Assembly: GCA_030704615.1 (NCBI GenBank)
Contig: CM060731.1
Location: 36,084,001 to 36,148,000 of the forward strand
DNA length: 64,000 nucleotides
DNA from: Takakia lepidozioides
Taxonomy: Eukaryota > Plantae > Bryophyta
Direction: 5' to 3'
The notes below the pieces were generated by a model, which did no database searches, was not told the origin of the DNA, and was given only the letters and a program-made list of their open reading frames with translations. A program made the position numbers and the translations under genes. Shown piece by piece: positions 37,865-50,542 of the stretch (position 1 is the first letter of the stretch; each line of letters opens with the position of its first letter).

Positions 37865-40625
37865 TAATTAGGCAGAAATAGGTTGAAGAAGAAGGTGCCC
37901 TCACCACATTGTCCTTGACCTTGTGTCATGACCCAAGGAGTATTTGACCGAACATCAACCCAAAAGGACTTCTTGTGTGTGCAGTTTGTGACTGCGGCAT
38001 CTGAGAATGACATCTGATAATCGGACAGGCATTCACCTTTTTGCCTCGGTTGTCCCACCGTTGGCTGCGGTCAGAAAAGTATTCATCCCACAACTTCTCC
38101 TCATCTCTGTTACCTGTTTTGGATACTTTCCCATTGGCAGTATCATGTCAAAACCAAAGGTTCACTCAACCAGCTAACATGCAGAATTCAACATGGAAAT
38201 TTAGGGCAGATTCTGATGAGAGGGGAAAACAGGGTGAAATGTGTAAAGAAGGTGCCTTCTCCTTATCCATGTTATCTGTTTTTGGTTACTTTCCTGCTAC
38301 CACATCGGTAGTAACTTGTCAAAGTCACTCCTAACCACCACAGATCCACCCAACGAACTAACTTACAGAATTCAATATGCACCTCAGGGCCGAGTCTGCA
38401 GCCTTCAGAATGACATCTGGTAATCTGACAGGCATTCACATTTTTGCCTCGGTTGTCCCACCATTGGCTAGGGTCAGAAAAGTATTCATCCCACAGCTTC
38501 TCCTCATCTCTGGTACCTGTTTTTGGATACTTTCCTGTTGTCACATTGGCAGTACCATGTCAAAGTCACTCCAAACTACCAAAGGTTCACTCAATCAGCT
38601 AACTTGCAGAATTCAACATGGAAATGTAGGGCTGATTCTGATAAGAGGGGAAAACAGGGTGAAATGTGTTGAAGAAGGTGCCTTCTCCTCATCCATGTTA
38701 TCTGTTTTTCGATACTTTCCTGCTGCCACATCGGCAGTAACTTGTCAAAGTCACTCCTAACCACCACGGATCCACCTAACGAGCTCACTTACAGAGTTCA
38801 ATATGCATCTCAGGGCCGAGTAAATGAGAGGGTAAAACAGGCAGAAATAGGTTGAAGAAGAAGGTGCACTCACCACATTGTCCTTGACCTTGTGTTGTGA
38901 CCCATGGAGGATTTCACTGAACATCAACCTCTTGTGCGTACAGCTTGTGTCTGTTGCTTTCAGAATGACATCTGGTAATCTGCAGGCAATCACCTTTTTG
39001 CCTTGTTTGTCCCACCATTGGTTGGGGTGAGAAAAGTATTCATCCCATAGTTTCTCCTCATCTCTGTTACCTGTTTTTGGATACTTTCCTGTCGTCACAT
39101 TGGCAGTACCATGTCAAAGTCACTCCAAACTACCAAAGGTTCACTCAATCGGCTAACTTGCAGAATTCAGCATGGAAACGTAGGGCTAATTCTGATAAGA
39201 GGGGAAAACATGGTGAAATGTTTTGAAGAAGGTGCCTTCTCCTCAGCTATGTTATTTGTTTTTGGATACTTTCCTGCTGTCCCATGGCAGTAACTTGTCA
39301 AAGTCACTCCTAATCACCACAGATCCACCCAACGAGCTAAAGTACAGAATTCAACATGCATCTCAGGGCCAAGTCTGATGAGAGGGGAAAACAGGCAGAA
39401 ATAGGTTGAAGAAGAAGGTGCACTCACCACATTGTCCTTGACCTTGTGTCGCGACCCATGGAGGATTTCACCGAACATCAACCTCTTGTGCATACAGCTT
39501 GTGTTTGCTGCTTTCAGAATGACATCTGGTAATCTGCAGGCAATCACCTTTTTGCCTTGTTTGTCCCACCATTGGTTGGGGTCAGAAAAGTATTCATCCC
39601 ATAGTTTCTCCTCATCTCTGTTACCTGTTTTTGGATACTTTCATGTCGTCACATTGGCAGTACCATGTCAAAGTCACTCCAAACTACCAAAGGTTCACTC
39701 AATCGGCTAACTTGCAGAATTCAGCATGGAAACGTAGGGCTAATTCTGATAAGAGGGGAAAACATGGTGAAATGTTTTGAAGAAGGTGCCTTCTCCTCAT
39801 CGATGTTATTTGTTTTTGGATACTTTCTTGCTGTCCCATGGCAGTAACTTGTCAAAGTCATTCCTAATCACCACAGATCCACCCAACGAGCTACAGTACA
39901 GAATTCAACATGCATCTCAGGGCCGAGTCTGATGAGAGGGGAAAACAGGCAGAAATAGGTTGAAGAAGAAGGTGCACTCACCACATTGTCCTTGACCTTG
40001 TGTCGCGACCCATGGAGGATTTCACCGAACATCAACCTCTTGTGCGTACAGCTTGTGTCTGTTGCTTTCAGAATGACATCTGGTAATCTGCAGGCAATCA
40101 CCTTTTTGCCTTGTTTGTCCCACCATTGGTTGGGGTCAGAAAAGTATTCATCCCATAGTTTCTCCTCATCTCTGTTACCTGTTTTTGGATACTTTCCTGT
40201 CGTCACATTGGCAGTACCATGTCAAAGTCACTCCAAACTACCAAAGATTCACTCAATCGGCTAACTTGCAGAATTCAGCATGGAAACGTAGGGCTAATTC
40301 TGATAAGAGGGGAAAACAGGGTGAAATGTTTTGAAGAAGGTGCCTTCTCCTCAGCTATGTTATTTGTTTTTGGATACTTTCCTGCTGTCCCATGGCAGTA
40401 ACTTGTCAAAGTCACTCCTAATCACCACAGATCCACCCAACGAGCTAAAGTACAAAATTCAACATGCATCTCAGGGCCGAGTCTGATGAGAGGGGAAAAC
40501 AGGCAGAAATAGGTCAAAGAAGAAGTTGCCCTCACCACATTGTTTTTGACCTTGTGTCATGACCCATGGAGGATTTGACCGACTATCAACCCAAAACAAC
40601 CTTTTGTGTGTGCTGTTTGTGTCTG
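37865..40625 (-). repeat. 554-bp tandem array (about 5 units), each encoding an OSB-type PDF-like motif
   Basis: gaaaagtattcatccca recurs at ~38074, 38477, 39031, 39585, 40139; translation EEKLWDEYFSDPSQWWDNRGK..RLPD...HK..FWVD.RSNPPWV. Confidence 0.9.
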
Positions 40626-41168
40626 TAGTCAGGTACTGTCGGATTTCTCTGTGAGAACCACCACGGTGCAGCTGGGCAGACGGAGATTGACACACGGCTT
40701 GCCCCAACCAGCGCGCGGCAGAAGAGGACAACGAAGTGAGCGCGTTGCAGAAGAGGACGAGGACTGCGCAGCGGATAGGGCTTAGTAAGGCGGGAAAAAA
40801 AAAAACGTCTCAAAAGGAATTTGAGCACGGGATGCCGCGGCGGGTGAATGAAGACCTTACCGGTACACTACATATCAACATCTGTAACATTGTCCCAAAT
40901 ATATATATATATATATATTTAGGACTTTTCCAACCCTTTTATATATACATAGTCTGTATGTGGGGGTATTTAATAAACCCCCTTCTGTTCACGCACGTGA
41001 TAGGTACATTAAACCTTGGTGCACCCCCCGGGCGTGAAGATAACAACGCGAGGTGCCCAAACATGTATTGGCCCCTGGATTGACACTTGGGTCAATCCCA
41101 AATGTCAATATATAAAAGCTAGTTATTTCCTAGCTAACTTCACACTAGTGGTAAAATAACTTGACAGC

Positions 41169-42990
41169 TGTCGTGCGCATACATATCGCTACACAACTAT
41201 ATCGCTGTCCATAATCACACAACACATGTGCACACCAAACACTAGTCTATCACTAGTCCACCACTAGTGCAACCACTAGTCCAACATTAGGCTGCCACTA
41301 GCCACCACTAGTGCAGCCACTAGCCACCACTAGTGCAGCCACTAGTCCAACACTAGGCTGTCACTAGCCACCACTAGTGCAGCGACTAGTCCAACCACTA
41401 GGCTGCCACTAACCACCACTAGTGCAGCCACTAGTCTACCACTAGGCTGCCACTAGTCACCACTAGTGCAGCCACTAGTCCATCACAATCGCCCCCCTAG
41501 CTAGCGCTTAGGTTCCTCTAAGTCCAGGTAGCCATAAGATGTGATAGTGGCCATAGCCTCACTAAGTCCTCCACCACTGTCCCTACTACACTCAAACTCA
41601 ATAGATCAAGAGGCCGGTACAAGAGTTGCCCCATCGTTAATCGCCGTCTTGCAACCTGTGAACTTGAGCTTGAGATCTTGGGTATTGACTCCTATGAGCT
41701 TGGCCTCCCATGCCTTGTGAGCTGCCACTAGTCATATCCACTCCCACTATCCCAAGCAGTGTGGATATAACCAATTTCCATCAAGAACCCTCTCAAGAGG
41801 TGGTGTCAAGCATCCCGTGTACCAACCTCTTGAGCATTGATCACATACCAGCATAGTGGCGGCACCACGAGCATGCCCACATAGCATGCAACGCAATCCT
41901 GCAGGTACCACTGCAAGGTTGGGATCTATCCTCCCATCCACATGTGGAAGGTGACATGGCACACAATTACGCACATGGTCCTTCCATATCATGCTATCTC
42001 GACCCTCCAGAATCAACACTCCTGAAGGCTTCACCTCTCTGACCCTTAGAATCATACGTCCTGCTGTGACATCCAAGGTCGTAGGCGCTCTCTGCTGCAG
42101 ATACACATAGTCCCAAGGGTGGAAACGTCAAACACATGGCCGATATCCCCCTCCACGTATAGTGACATACCTCAATGTGTCTCGGTGTTGGGCAATAGCA
42201 AGATTCTCAAAAGCCATAGGCATGACTCTCTTGAACAACTCTGCCCGCTGGGCACATGCTTGTGTCCACACATCTGGATCATCAAGGTTGAGGACTACTG
42301 CAGCCTCCCTGCGAATAGATGTAGGCGAATCCTGCTCTCGGCCAAAGAGAAGGAAATATGGTGAGAAGGAGACAAATGATGCTTGCTTGCTAAACCTGTA
42401 GCCCATGGCTAACCAAGGTACCTGAAAGATCCCAATCTCCTAGGTGTCCCTTTTGCAAGCCATACTTGCGCAAACCCCTCTTTACTGTCTGAACCACTCT
42501 CTCTGCCAAGCCATTGGCCTCATGATGATCCCTAGAAGTGGTACGGTGGTCTATCAAGGCTTTATCACGCAAAGCCTGAAACACCCCCAAGAACTCTCTC
42601 CTTTGGTCCGTGAGTACCTCAGCTGGAGCACCGAATCGGCTAAGCACGCGATCCAGGAATGCATACGCAGCCCCCTCACTAGCCTTGTCAGACAATGGAA
42701 CCAACTCAATCCACTTGAAGAAGTGCTCCACCATCACCAACACATATCTGTGGTGGCGCATCATCAATGGCAACGGCCTTGCGAAGTCAAGACTCCACTT
42801 GTAGCCCAATCCCATGATGGGTAAAAGATGCAACTGTGGTGTAGGGGCGTTGAATGAAGCACGCACCATGTCACACACCATGCACCTAGATACGAACTGT
42901 TGCACCTCTATGTGTATACCACGCCACCAATACTGCCCCTGCAGTAAACTATGAGTGCGTCGCACTCCAAAATGCCCCAACTCCTCATGG
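41169..42990 (-). mobile_element. 3' part of a Ty3/Gypsy LTR retrotransposon: integrase, C-terminal PHD finger, PPT, 3' LTR (41169-41487)
   Basis: GHFGVRRT...CMVC zinc finger; WSLDF, VLTDQ, NGLAERVV DDE; SPYFLLFGR; PHD CMLC...LVCDQCSRGWYTGCLTPPL...W..PHC; PPT ctaggggggcgat at 41488-41500; TG...CA LTR. Confidence 0.9.
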
Positions 42991-43239
42991 GCACTCCTTT
43001 CTCTAAAAAATAAAAAAATAAAAAAATAAAATCGGATCCGGATCGGATCGGATTGGACTTGTCTCTAGAAAAAACCCAAACCCGGACCGGACGGGTTTCT
43101 TAAGAAGGCACTACCAGCACAATACACTTATGAGTTCAAGTACTAACTTGAATCTGTGTGATAGAGCTATAATTTTTATTTTATTTTTTTTAAAAGAAGG
43201 GGAATAACATGCCAATTTATTTTTATTTTTATTTATTTT

Positions 43240-45420
43240 TTCTACCACAAGTGGGGATGGAGGCCCACAATTTCATTCCAGAAGGTGGAAAAATAACCAC
43301 TATTGAGGCTGTGAAAGCTTACAGTGGGGAAACCTCCCAGTGACCTTGTAAACTAGCAAATAACAAAGATGCATACAGCTGGAGTGATCGAAAAATTCAA
43401 GAATCAATAAATGCATGATGACACAGTTCTAGAATGGAGATAGATTGAAAAATAACACAGAGCAGAGTCTTGTTGACTAGTCGAGGAAAGAGGGTGGTGA
43501 GTGAGAGGGCACGTGCAGTTCCAAGCTGTAATCCACTAGATCATCGACAATTGTGTCTTGAGTTTAGGATCACGAGAACATTTGTGACGCCCGTTACAGT
43601 CGCCCTCCTTCTTTTCACCAGGGGACTTCCCATTGTGTGGGGACGAAGTCTTTCCAATGGAAACCTGAGTAGGAAAGACAGGCGCCGAGCAGGTTACAAC
43701 TCTTGCCCAAGGTGAGATTGAATTCTTGATGAAGTTGCCTGCACCGGTGCTCCGAAGCTTTGCGATCAAGAGCAAGACAGAGATTCACCGGCCATGCTTT
43801 TCTCCCCTCAGTCATCAGATCCCAATAAATATTGAAGAGGATGGATCTGCTGGGGGATTACCCTCATAAACAAATGAACATCGTGCTTTCCATATGGCCC
43901 ACAAGGTATGCGCACGTAGGTAAGCCCATACTCGACACTTAAGCATAACCCTGCCAACCTGACATGGCAGATGATTCAACAACAATAGGGAGGGGGGATG
44001 AGAGATTATGAGGACGTTCCAGTTAGAGTAAAAGCTGAGCACTTTAGACCAAATCCTAAGATTTCTAAGACAACAGGCCAAACAATGTTCTGGGGATTCA
44101 AGCACATCATTACATAACAGACATGCAGGGCTGTTCGTGTTCGTATTTGCAGCCGCTAGGAGAACTTTGGGGGCAATTTTCCAGAGAAATGCGGAAACCT
44201 TGGCAGATCTATCTTTTCTCCATATATCCTTCCAGATGAGGTTCCAGGGGTCTCAATCCTAGAAGACATCTCTCTATTTTTGTTGCCATTTCCTATCAAA
44301 CAACCAAGGGGAAACAAGAGGGAGTATCCCAATCTAGCAGAATATGTGAAGAAGCTGAGGGAGCGTGCATGGTCCATCCATGTCCATTCCCTGGATGAAA
44401 TTGTAGTCCGGCCAGGGGGTGAGAGAAGAACCACTGAAATGTGGAATGCATGGCCTACATTTGTATCTCTAGTCCTAGTGGGGGAGTAGGATTTGGGACT
44501 CCTTTATCACCAATGACTCTAATTTGGAAGAGAGAGGCTCCATTGGATTGGCATTCTCCAGTGAATCGTAGCAACCATCTTCAGTCTGCCTCGAACCCCA
44601 ATATAGACGCCAAATGACCATCCACTGAGAGCACACATATGACAAGGGGAGGGGGGGGACTGTGACGATGATGCCATCCATATAGGGGGTGACCAATGCG
44701 CAGGTCCATTCTGAAGGAGAGGTAGTATATACTGTGGATCTGAGAGCAAATCTCATGCCAAGTACGGATTCTCATGTGTCCCATAATTGTGGTGACCGTC
44801 GTTGCAGGTGGTAGGAGATCTAGTCCTTGTTCCCATAAGCTTCCGAGATGGGTGAACCCCGCATTTTCCCAACATGCCCATTTCTTCTTGGGTGGTGGCT
44901 GGGCTGAGGGAGTGGTGGCGTGGAGGGGGGGGGAGGAGGGTGGGTGGTGGCTTGGAGCAGGGGTTTAGAGTCAATGTTATAATTGACCAAAATGGGTTGC
45001 CTCATAGATTCTACAAAGTTCATGGGCATTCTTTAATTTGGATAAGGGACCATCCGATTGAACTTCAAGCCTTCCAAATGGATTTCCATGGGCCCGATCC
45101 TCTTTCCAACCCTCTGCCATTTCCTTGAACAATATTATCCATCTAAGAGATTTCGCTCAGAGGTGAGATGAAGTTGGAGTGGACCCCACCAATTGAGGTT
45201 GGACTAGGCTGCTCCAGGGGCTGGTAGTGTTGAGAAGGGCTCCGAGTATCCATTTTGCTAATAAGGCAGAGATTTGGGAATGAGGGTCTATGAGACAAGT
45301 CCTCCCTTGTATTTAGGTTGGCATAATTGTACACACGAGACCAGCGCCCTACGGTTCGGGAAAGCCGCATGAGTAGCTCCCCACATGAAGTTTCTTATCG
45401 GGGACCAAATTGATGCCAAC
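43240..45420 (-). mobile_element. Decayed 5'-truncated L1/Tx1-like LINE (zf-RVT region and 3' end)
   Basis: Fragments FFTYSARLGY, ESPEHCLACC, LWAIWKARCSFVYEG; T-rich tract (poly-A on minus) at ~43215-43241. Confidence 0.65.
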
Positions 45421-45779
45421 AACACTTGGTTAGCCACGAGGGCTCTTCCTCCTATGGACAACATAGCATGAACATATTATTTATTCATAAAGGTAAGGAA
45501 AAAATAACCTTACAAGGCGCCATGAAGGCCGATAAATGAGACATATAGTAGGAGTTCAGAATTTCAGAATTTCAGAAGGGGAAGAGACAAAGGAGACACA
45601 GTTCCAAGCTCCATACTGGAGCTTAGAGAAGATAGGAACTTGCATTACTAAAGTATATCTATGATTTACAACCTGGCGTTGTAAAAAGGGGAGCCATTCA
45701 AACTGCTAGTGCCGGTTGGATGGATGAAGTACAGTTTCACATCAGAGTGAATTGATATCGTAGTTTATTTATGGCTTAC

Positions 45780-45865
45780 GCTATGGACGGTGAGATCTCA
45801 ATCTCAATTATAATTGTAATATCTAACGGTGGAATTTGAACTCGTACGAATGGACGGTCAGATTG
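45780..45865 (+). promoter_or_regulatory. MSA-like (mitosis-specific activator) and CHR-like motifs upstream of the 3xHMG-box gene
   Basis: tctaacggt at ~45822 followed by tttgaa, flanked by tggacggtgagat (~45784) and tggacggtcagat (~45851). Confidence 0.55.
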
Positions 45866-46298
45866 GTGCATCTATGGTCTTCCCGCTCGCGGTCATTATG
45901 TCCGTTCGGTCGCACTCGCTTGCGTCTTCGTCTCTCTCGCTCTCTCGCTACCTCGCACACATCCGTTATTGTCTGCTCCCTGTTGTTCCCACTCCTTTAC
46001 AGGGATCGTTTCTTGAACTGTGCTTTTGTTACGTTGTCTTTCTTGCATTCTTATCGCGCTGTCGGTTTTCTGCTTCCTATTTCTGTTTCCAGACCCCCTG
46101 CAAAGCTCGCTCGTTAGCTCTCGCCTACTCGTTGCTGGTGAATTCGTACTGTGATCCATTTTCTACAGTTCTGGCTGTCAGCAAGGGATCTTCTCTTGCA
46201 TTTTAGTTCCGATTTTCTGACTTCAACCTTGCTTCCATTTCTCCAGTTTTACGTCCCCTTAGCTTCCTCTGCCACTGAGCCACTGATCCTCGTTGTCG

Positions 46299-49200
46299 AT
46301 GGCATCCAAACGCTCGAAGCGAGGTCCCAAGATCGCGGACACTGATAAGGAGAATGTTGGCGAAGGTCTTGCAATGCCCGTGAAAACCGCCAAGGCAGCC
46401 ACCGTGAAATCAAAGCCTCTGAAGGAGAGCAACGTTTCACTGGAAGATGAGCTCGAATCAATTCACAAGTCATTGCAGAAGTTGAGCCTCGAGAAGGAGG
46501 CCACTGAAGCTAAGTTGAAGCAGAGCGAAGCTGAGCTTCAGGCCGAGCGTGAGGCGAAAATGCTGGAGACCGAACGTTTGGAAGGTCTCTTGAAGGAGAG
46601 TGCTGACGGAAACAAGAAACTCGAGGAAAAGCTTCGCAAGCTCCAGAGAATCAAAGAGTTTCAGCCTAATCTGGTACGTTTGCACCTCCTACGATTGTCT
46701 CCCTTTCACTCTGTCACGCGGTTATGTATCAGAGTGTTTCTCTCAGAACTACAGCCATTATAGTGTATTAATGCAAGTCATGTTGGGGTGGTACGAATTT
46801 AGTTATTTTAGCGACTTGGATTTGGTTTAGTTTCTTAGCGATTGTGAGGAAAACGATGGAAAACGAACTGGAGGCGGAAATTGATGTCTGTCTTCCCCTT
46901 ACGTTATAGTGTCGCCTAGCAGAAGCTACAGTATAGGCTAGGCTGTGTTTTGACGTTCATGTCTGATGCAGAGCCACGTTATGCCGGCAACAGTAGTGAA
47001 TGATGATTCCTCAAAGAAAGGGAAAAAAGACTCGAACAGGCTGAAGAAGCCACACTCCGCCTTCCTTCTCTGGTCCAAGGACCAACGCCAGACAGTAATA
47101 ATTCGAACATTCTGTTTCCCCTTTTGTGAAGTATCTTACAGTTGGTTTGCATCATGGTATACACTGCCATTCCCCCCTCACCCTCTGTTTCTAACGTTTA
47201 GGGTCAGTCACCTAACGCAAGTTTGCATGCCTCCTACGATGGATTTAGCTTTTCCAACCTTCTGCTGCTGGTCTTGGCCTAACTTGTAATGCAGCTTTTA
47301 GACCTTTGCTTCATTTTCCTTTTCTCGGGTGATTGTTTTCCTTTTATGTTTTTCCCAGTGTTGTCAATGTTGACGATATCTTGTTGCTGTAGGTCTGTGA
47401 AGCCAATCCTACAGCGACGTTTGCTCAGATCAGTGCGATAATGGGCGAGAAGTGGAAAGATGTGTCCGAGGAGGAGAGAAAACCGTATGTGGATAGGTAC
47501 CAGGTTAACAGAGATGTTTATTTGAAGGTGCTATCCCAGAACCTCCTCACATTTCCCACTTCAATGGATTGTACAATTTGGTGGCCGATTTGCCTCTTGA
47601 CATAATTTGCTTCAGTGTTTCCATCTCTTGGAAAAACCTTTCCTGTCTTTGGGCCTTAGCTTCGAAATGTGCAAGCTCATTTTCTCGATTTGAACTGCCG
47701 TTGTGCAGTTGGTCGGCCAGGAGAAGCGAGAGGCTGAGGGACTGAAGCTGTTACACGAGGAGCAGAACAAAAAGCAGGCTCAGGAGTGCCTAGAGCAGTA
47801 CCTTGTTTACAAGAAGGTCTCTGATTATTGTGATAATCTTACATCTCTTCCCTCTTAAGTCCTTTACTATGTCCACTCTGGGATGCAACTTGCCATCGTT
47901 TCCGGGATATGTCGAAGCTGGATATGCCACGCATGTTCTATCAGTTTATTTTGCTTTGTAGAAGCCTTACACATTGTTTTTGTACTTCCACGCACCTTTG
48001 GCAGGAAAAAGATGGCGATGAGAAGAAAAAGAGGCGAGCGCCTCACTTCAACTCAGTAGCATGATTGTACAAATGTATTTTGCATGTTGTATGTTCCATT
48101 GGGGGCGAAAGATACTTTGACAGCGTGTTTCTATGTTAGTTGCTTGGACGTAAGTATGTATATCGGCCCTATATTCTCCACCATCATATGTTTCCCACTT
48201 CAAGTTTATGAATGGGGCAGGATTGATAACTATGTTAGATGAACTGTCCATGCAGGAAGAAGGACCCAAGGAAGCCAAAGCATCCTATTAGCTCCTTTTT
48301 TGCGTTCTCCAATGCACGTCGCCCTGCCTTGTTGGAGGCTAAAGTTAAAGTCCCTGAGGTGAGATTTCTATCCTGTAGTTAGTGTAGAATAGTTTTCATG
48401 TTGGCAATACAAACCAAGTGCATGTGATAAGTTCAATGTAAGGTGTCACACTCTTAGTGGCCAGAGTCACATAGTGAGCTTCTTGCCATGTTTTCCCCTC
48501 TTTAGTTACTGCAATCACTAAACAGTTTGCACATCTCTGGGTTGCAGATGGGAAGGCTTTTGGGAGAGGAATGGAAAGGCATGAATGAGGCCATGCGTGC
48601 TCCTTTTGATAAGGTATTTGTGTGCATGACTACTGTAAATGCATTACCAGTACTCTGTGCCAGTTACTTCTATGTGGTGGTCCTCTGTCGTATTGCTGTA
48701 TATGGGCTCAAAGTTAATTCTGCTGTCTGTTTATTGGATATGTTCAGATAGCAGCGGAGGATAAGGCTCGATATGCTGTGGAGCTTGAAGCCTACAAGCA
48801 AACCCAGGCTGAGGTAATTCGGTCAAGCCTGTCATGCCTTATCTTCTTCAAGTTGTCGCTGGATAATACATGAATGCATTGACGTTAGATCCCTCTTTTT
48901 TCTGCTGTGAGGCCTCATCTGCAAGTCTGACTCATTACAGGAGGTCAATGTTCTTGAGAAGGAGATGGAGGATAAGTTGAAGTTGGAGAAAGCACAGGCC
49001 CTGCAACTTTTCAAGCAGAAAGAGAAAATTGATCAGGCCAAGAAGGTTTTGCACCAATCTGTGCCCACTAGTTGAGCTTGACGTTTTGGGTGATCATTTT
49101 AGTCTTGTTTCTGTGCATTCTTTGGGGTCCTACTGGCTGCTCTCAATTTACTGTGGAATGCTGTCTATTTCACTGTTCTGTACAGTTGATGAAGGAGCAG

Positions 49201-49764
49201 ATCAACATAAAGAAGAAACTGAAGGTCCAGATGAAGGATCCCAACAAGCCAAAGAAGCCTGTCTCTTCATACCTGCTATTCAGGTTTGACTACCTGAGTC
49301 TACTGACATCGAAGTAGTCCAACAATTTGTGGCAGCTGTGAGATGATGTGAGATCATCTTTATGTGATGATTCTGATTGCACTGTTGATCATCTTAGAGA
49401 TGTGAAGATTAAAGTTTTGTAATGGATGTGATGGTTTTGCAGCATGGATATGAGGAAGAACTTGGCCCAGGAGAAGCCAGGCATGAACTTTTCAGATATG
49501 AATGCCCACATCAGTCTGAGGTGGAAGGTGAAGTTCATGTGATGCCAGTCTTGGTTGCTCTGATTCGAATTCCTTTGTAACGTGCCTTGACAAAATGGCT
49601 ACGCTGGTTGATACTTGATACTTTCGAATGTATGGCTGCAGGAGATTTCTGAGGAAGACAAACAGATCTGGAATGAGAAGGCGGCCGAAGCCAAGTTGAA
49701 GTACCATGCTGAAATGGATGAGTATCGTAAATCCAATACGGATGCTCCTGAGACTGAGAACTAG
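46299..49764 (+). CDS. 3xHMG-box protein, about 12 exons
   Basis: N-terminal coiled coil followed by three HMG boxes starting LKKPHSAFLLWSKDQR, DPRKPKHPISSFFAFS and DPNKPKKPVSSYLLF; ATG 46299, TAG 49762-49764. Confidence 0.9.
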
Positions 49765-50542
49765 AGCTGACCAGCCCAGAGCTCTACTTTCAACATGAAA
49801 AGTTCTCTCCATGTTCAAGTAATGCTGTTGAACAGTAATAGTGTCTGTGCTACATTAATTTTTGTGGCATTATGTACATGAAGAGCTTGCAGACCTTCCT
49901 ACTCGTAGTTATCCAAATTAGTTTTTTTAACTGCAGTTGCTCAACCCAATGTGGCAGACCGCCATAAATGTCTGACTTTTGCTAATCATCCTCTAGCGAG
50001 AGTTTGAATCCAGCCCCTTGTGGCTCTTGAACTTCATAACTGATTGTGTACTGTTAACTTGACCCAATGCAAATGAAAATACGCTACATTGCTCTAGAAA
50101 TGATATCGACTGTTCATGAAGTGTCTTACGTTTAATGTTCAGGTTTTTAGTTTTGACCTCATTCCCTCCAAAACGTTGTTGTGGGTTCATCAGGCGTAAG
50201 CTTTTATCATCCTATCAGGTTACAGTCTGCGTTTATGTAGAACTAAAAAGCACTGGCAGCGGTTTAATGATATTTTGAAATAATTGTCCAGAATGTAGCT
50301 GTGATAGAAATATACTGAAACAGAAGCTTGCATAAATTGATAAGGAAGATGATTGTGGATGATTGACTGAAGTCATCTTACACTTATTGGAGACCTTCAC
50401 TTGTGATTCAAATTTTGAATCATTAACACGATATGAACTGGATAGAAAATGATCATACTCAAGAAATGATCTATGCTCCTCCACCCTGCATAGGCTGAAT
50501 TTGACCAGATTATCAACTAAGTTGTCATCAACTAGGTTGTCA

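Noticed and set aside
26544-45608. ~31-bp direct repeats (aatttcagaaggggaagagacaaaggagaca) flanking the 19-kb TE island as a giant TSD or element ends
   Set aside because: Both sit inside copies of the same dispersed short repeat family (shared upstream atgaaggc.gataaat..gaca), so they are more simply independent insertions
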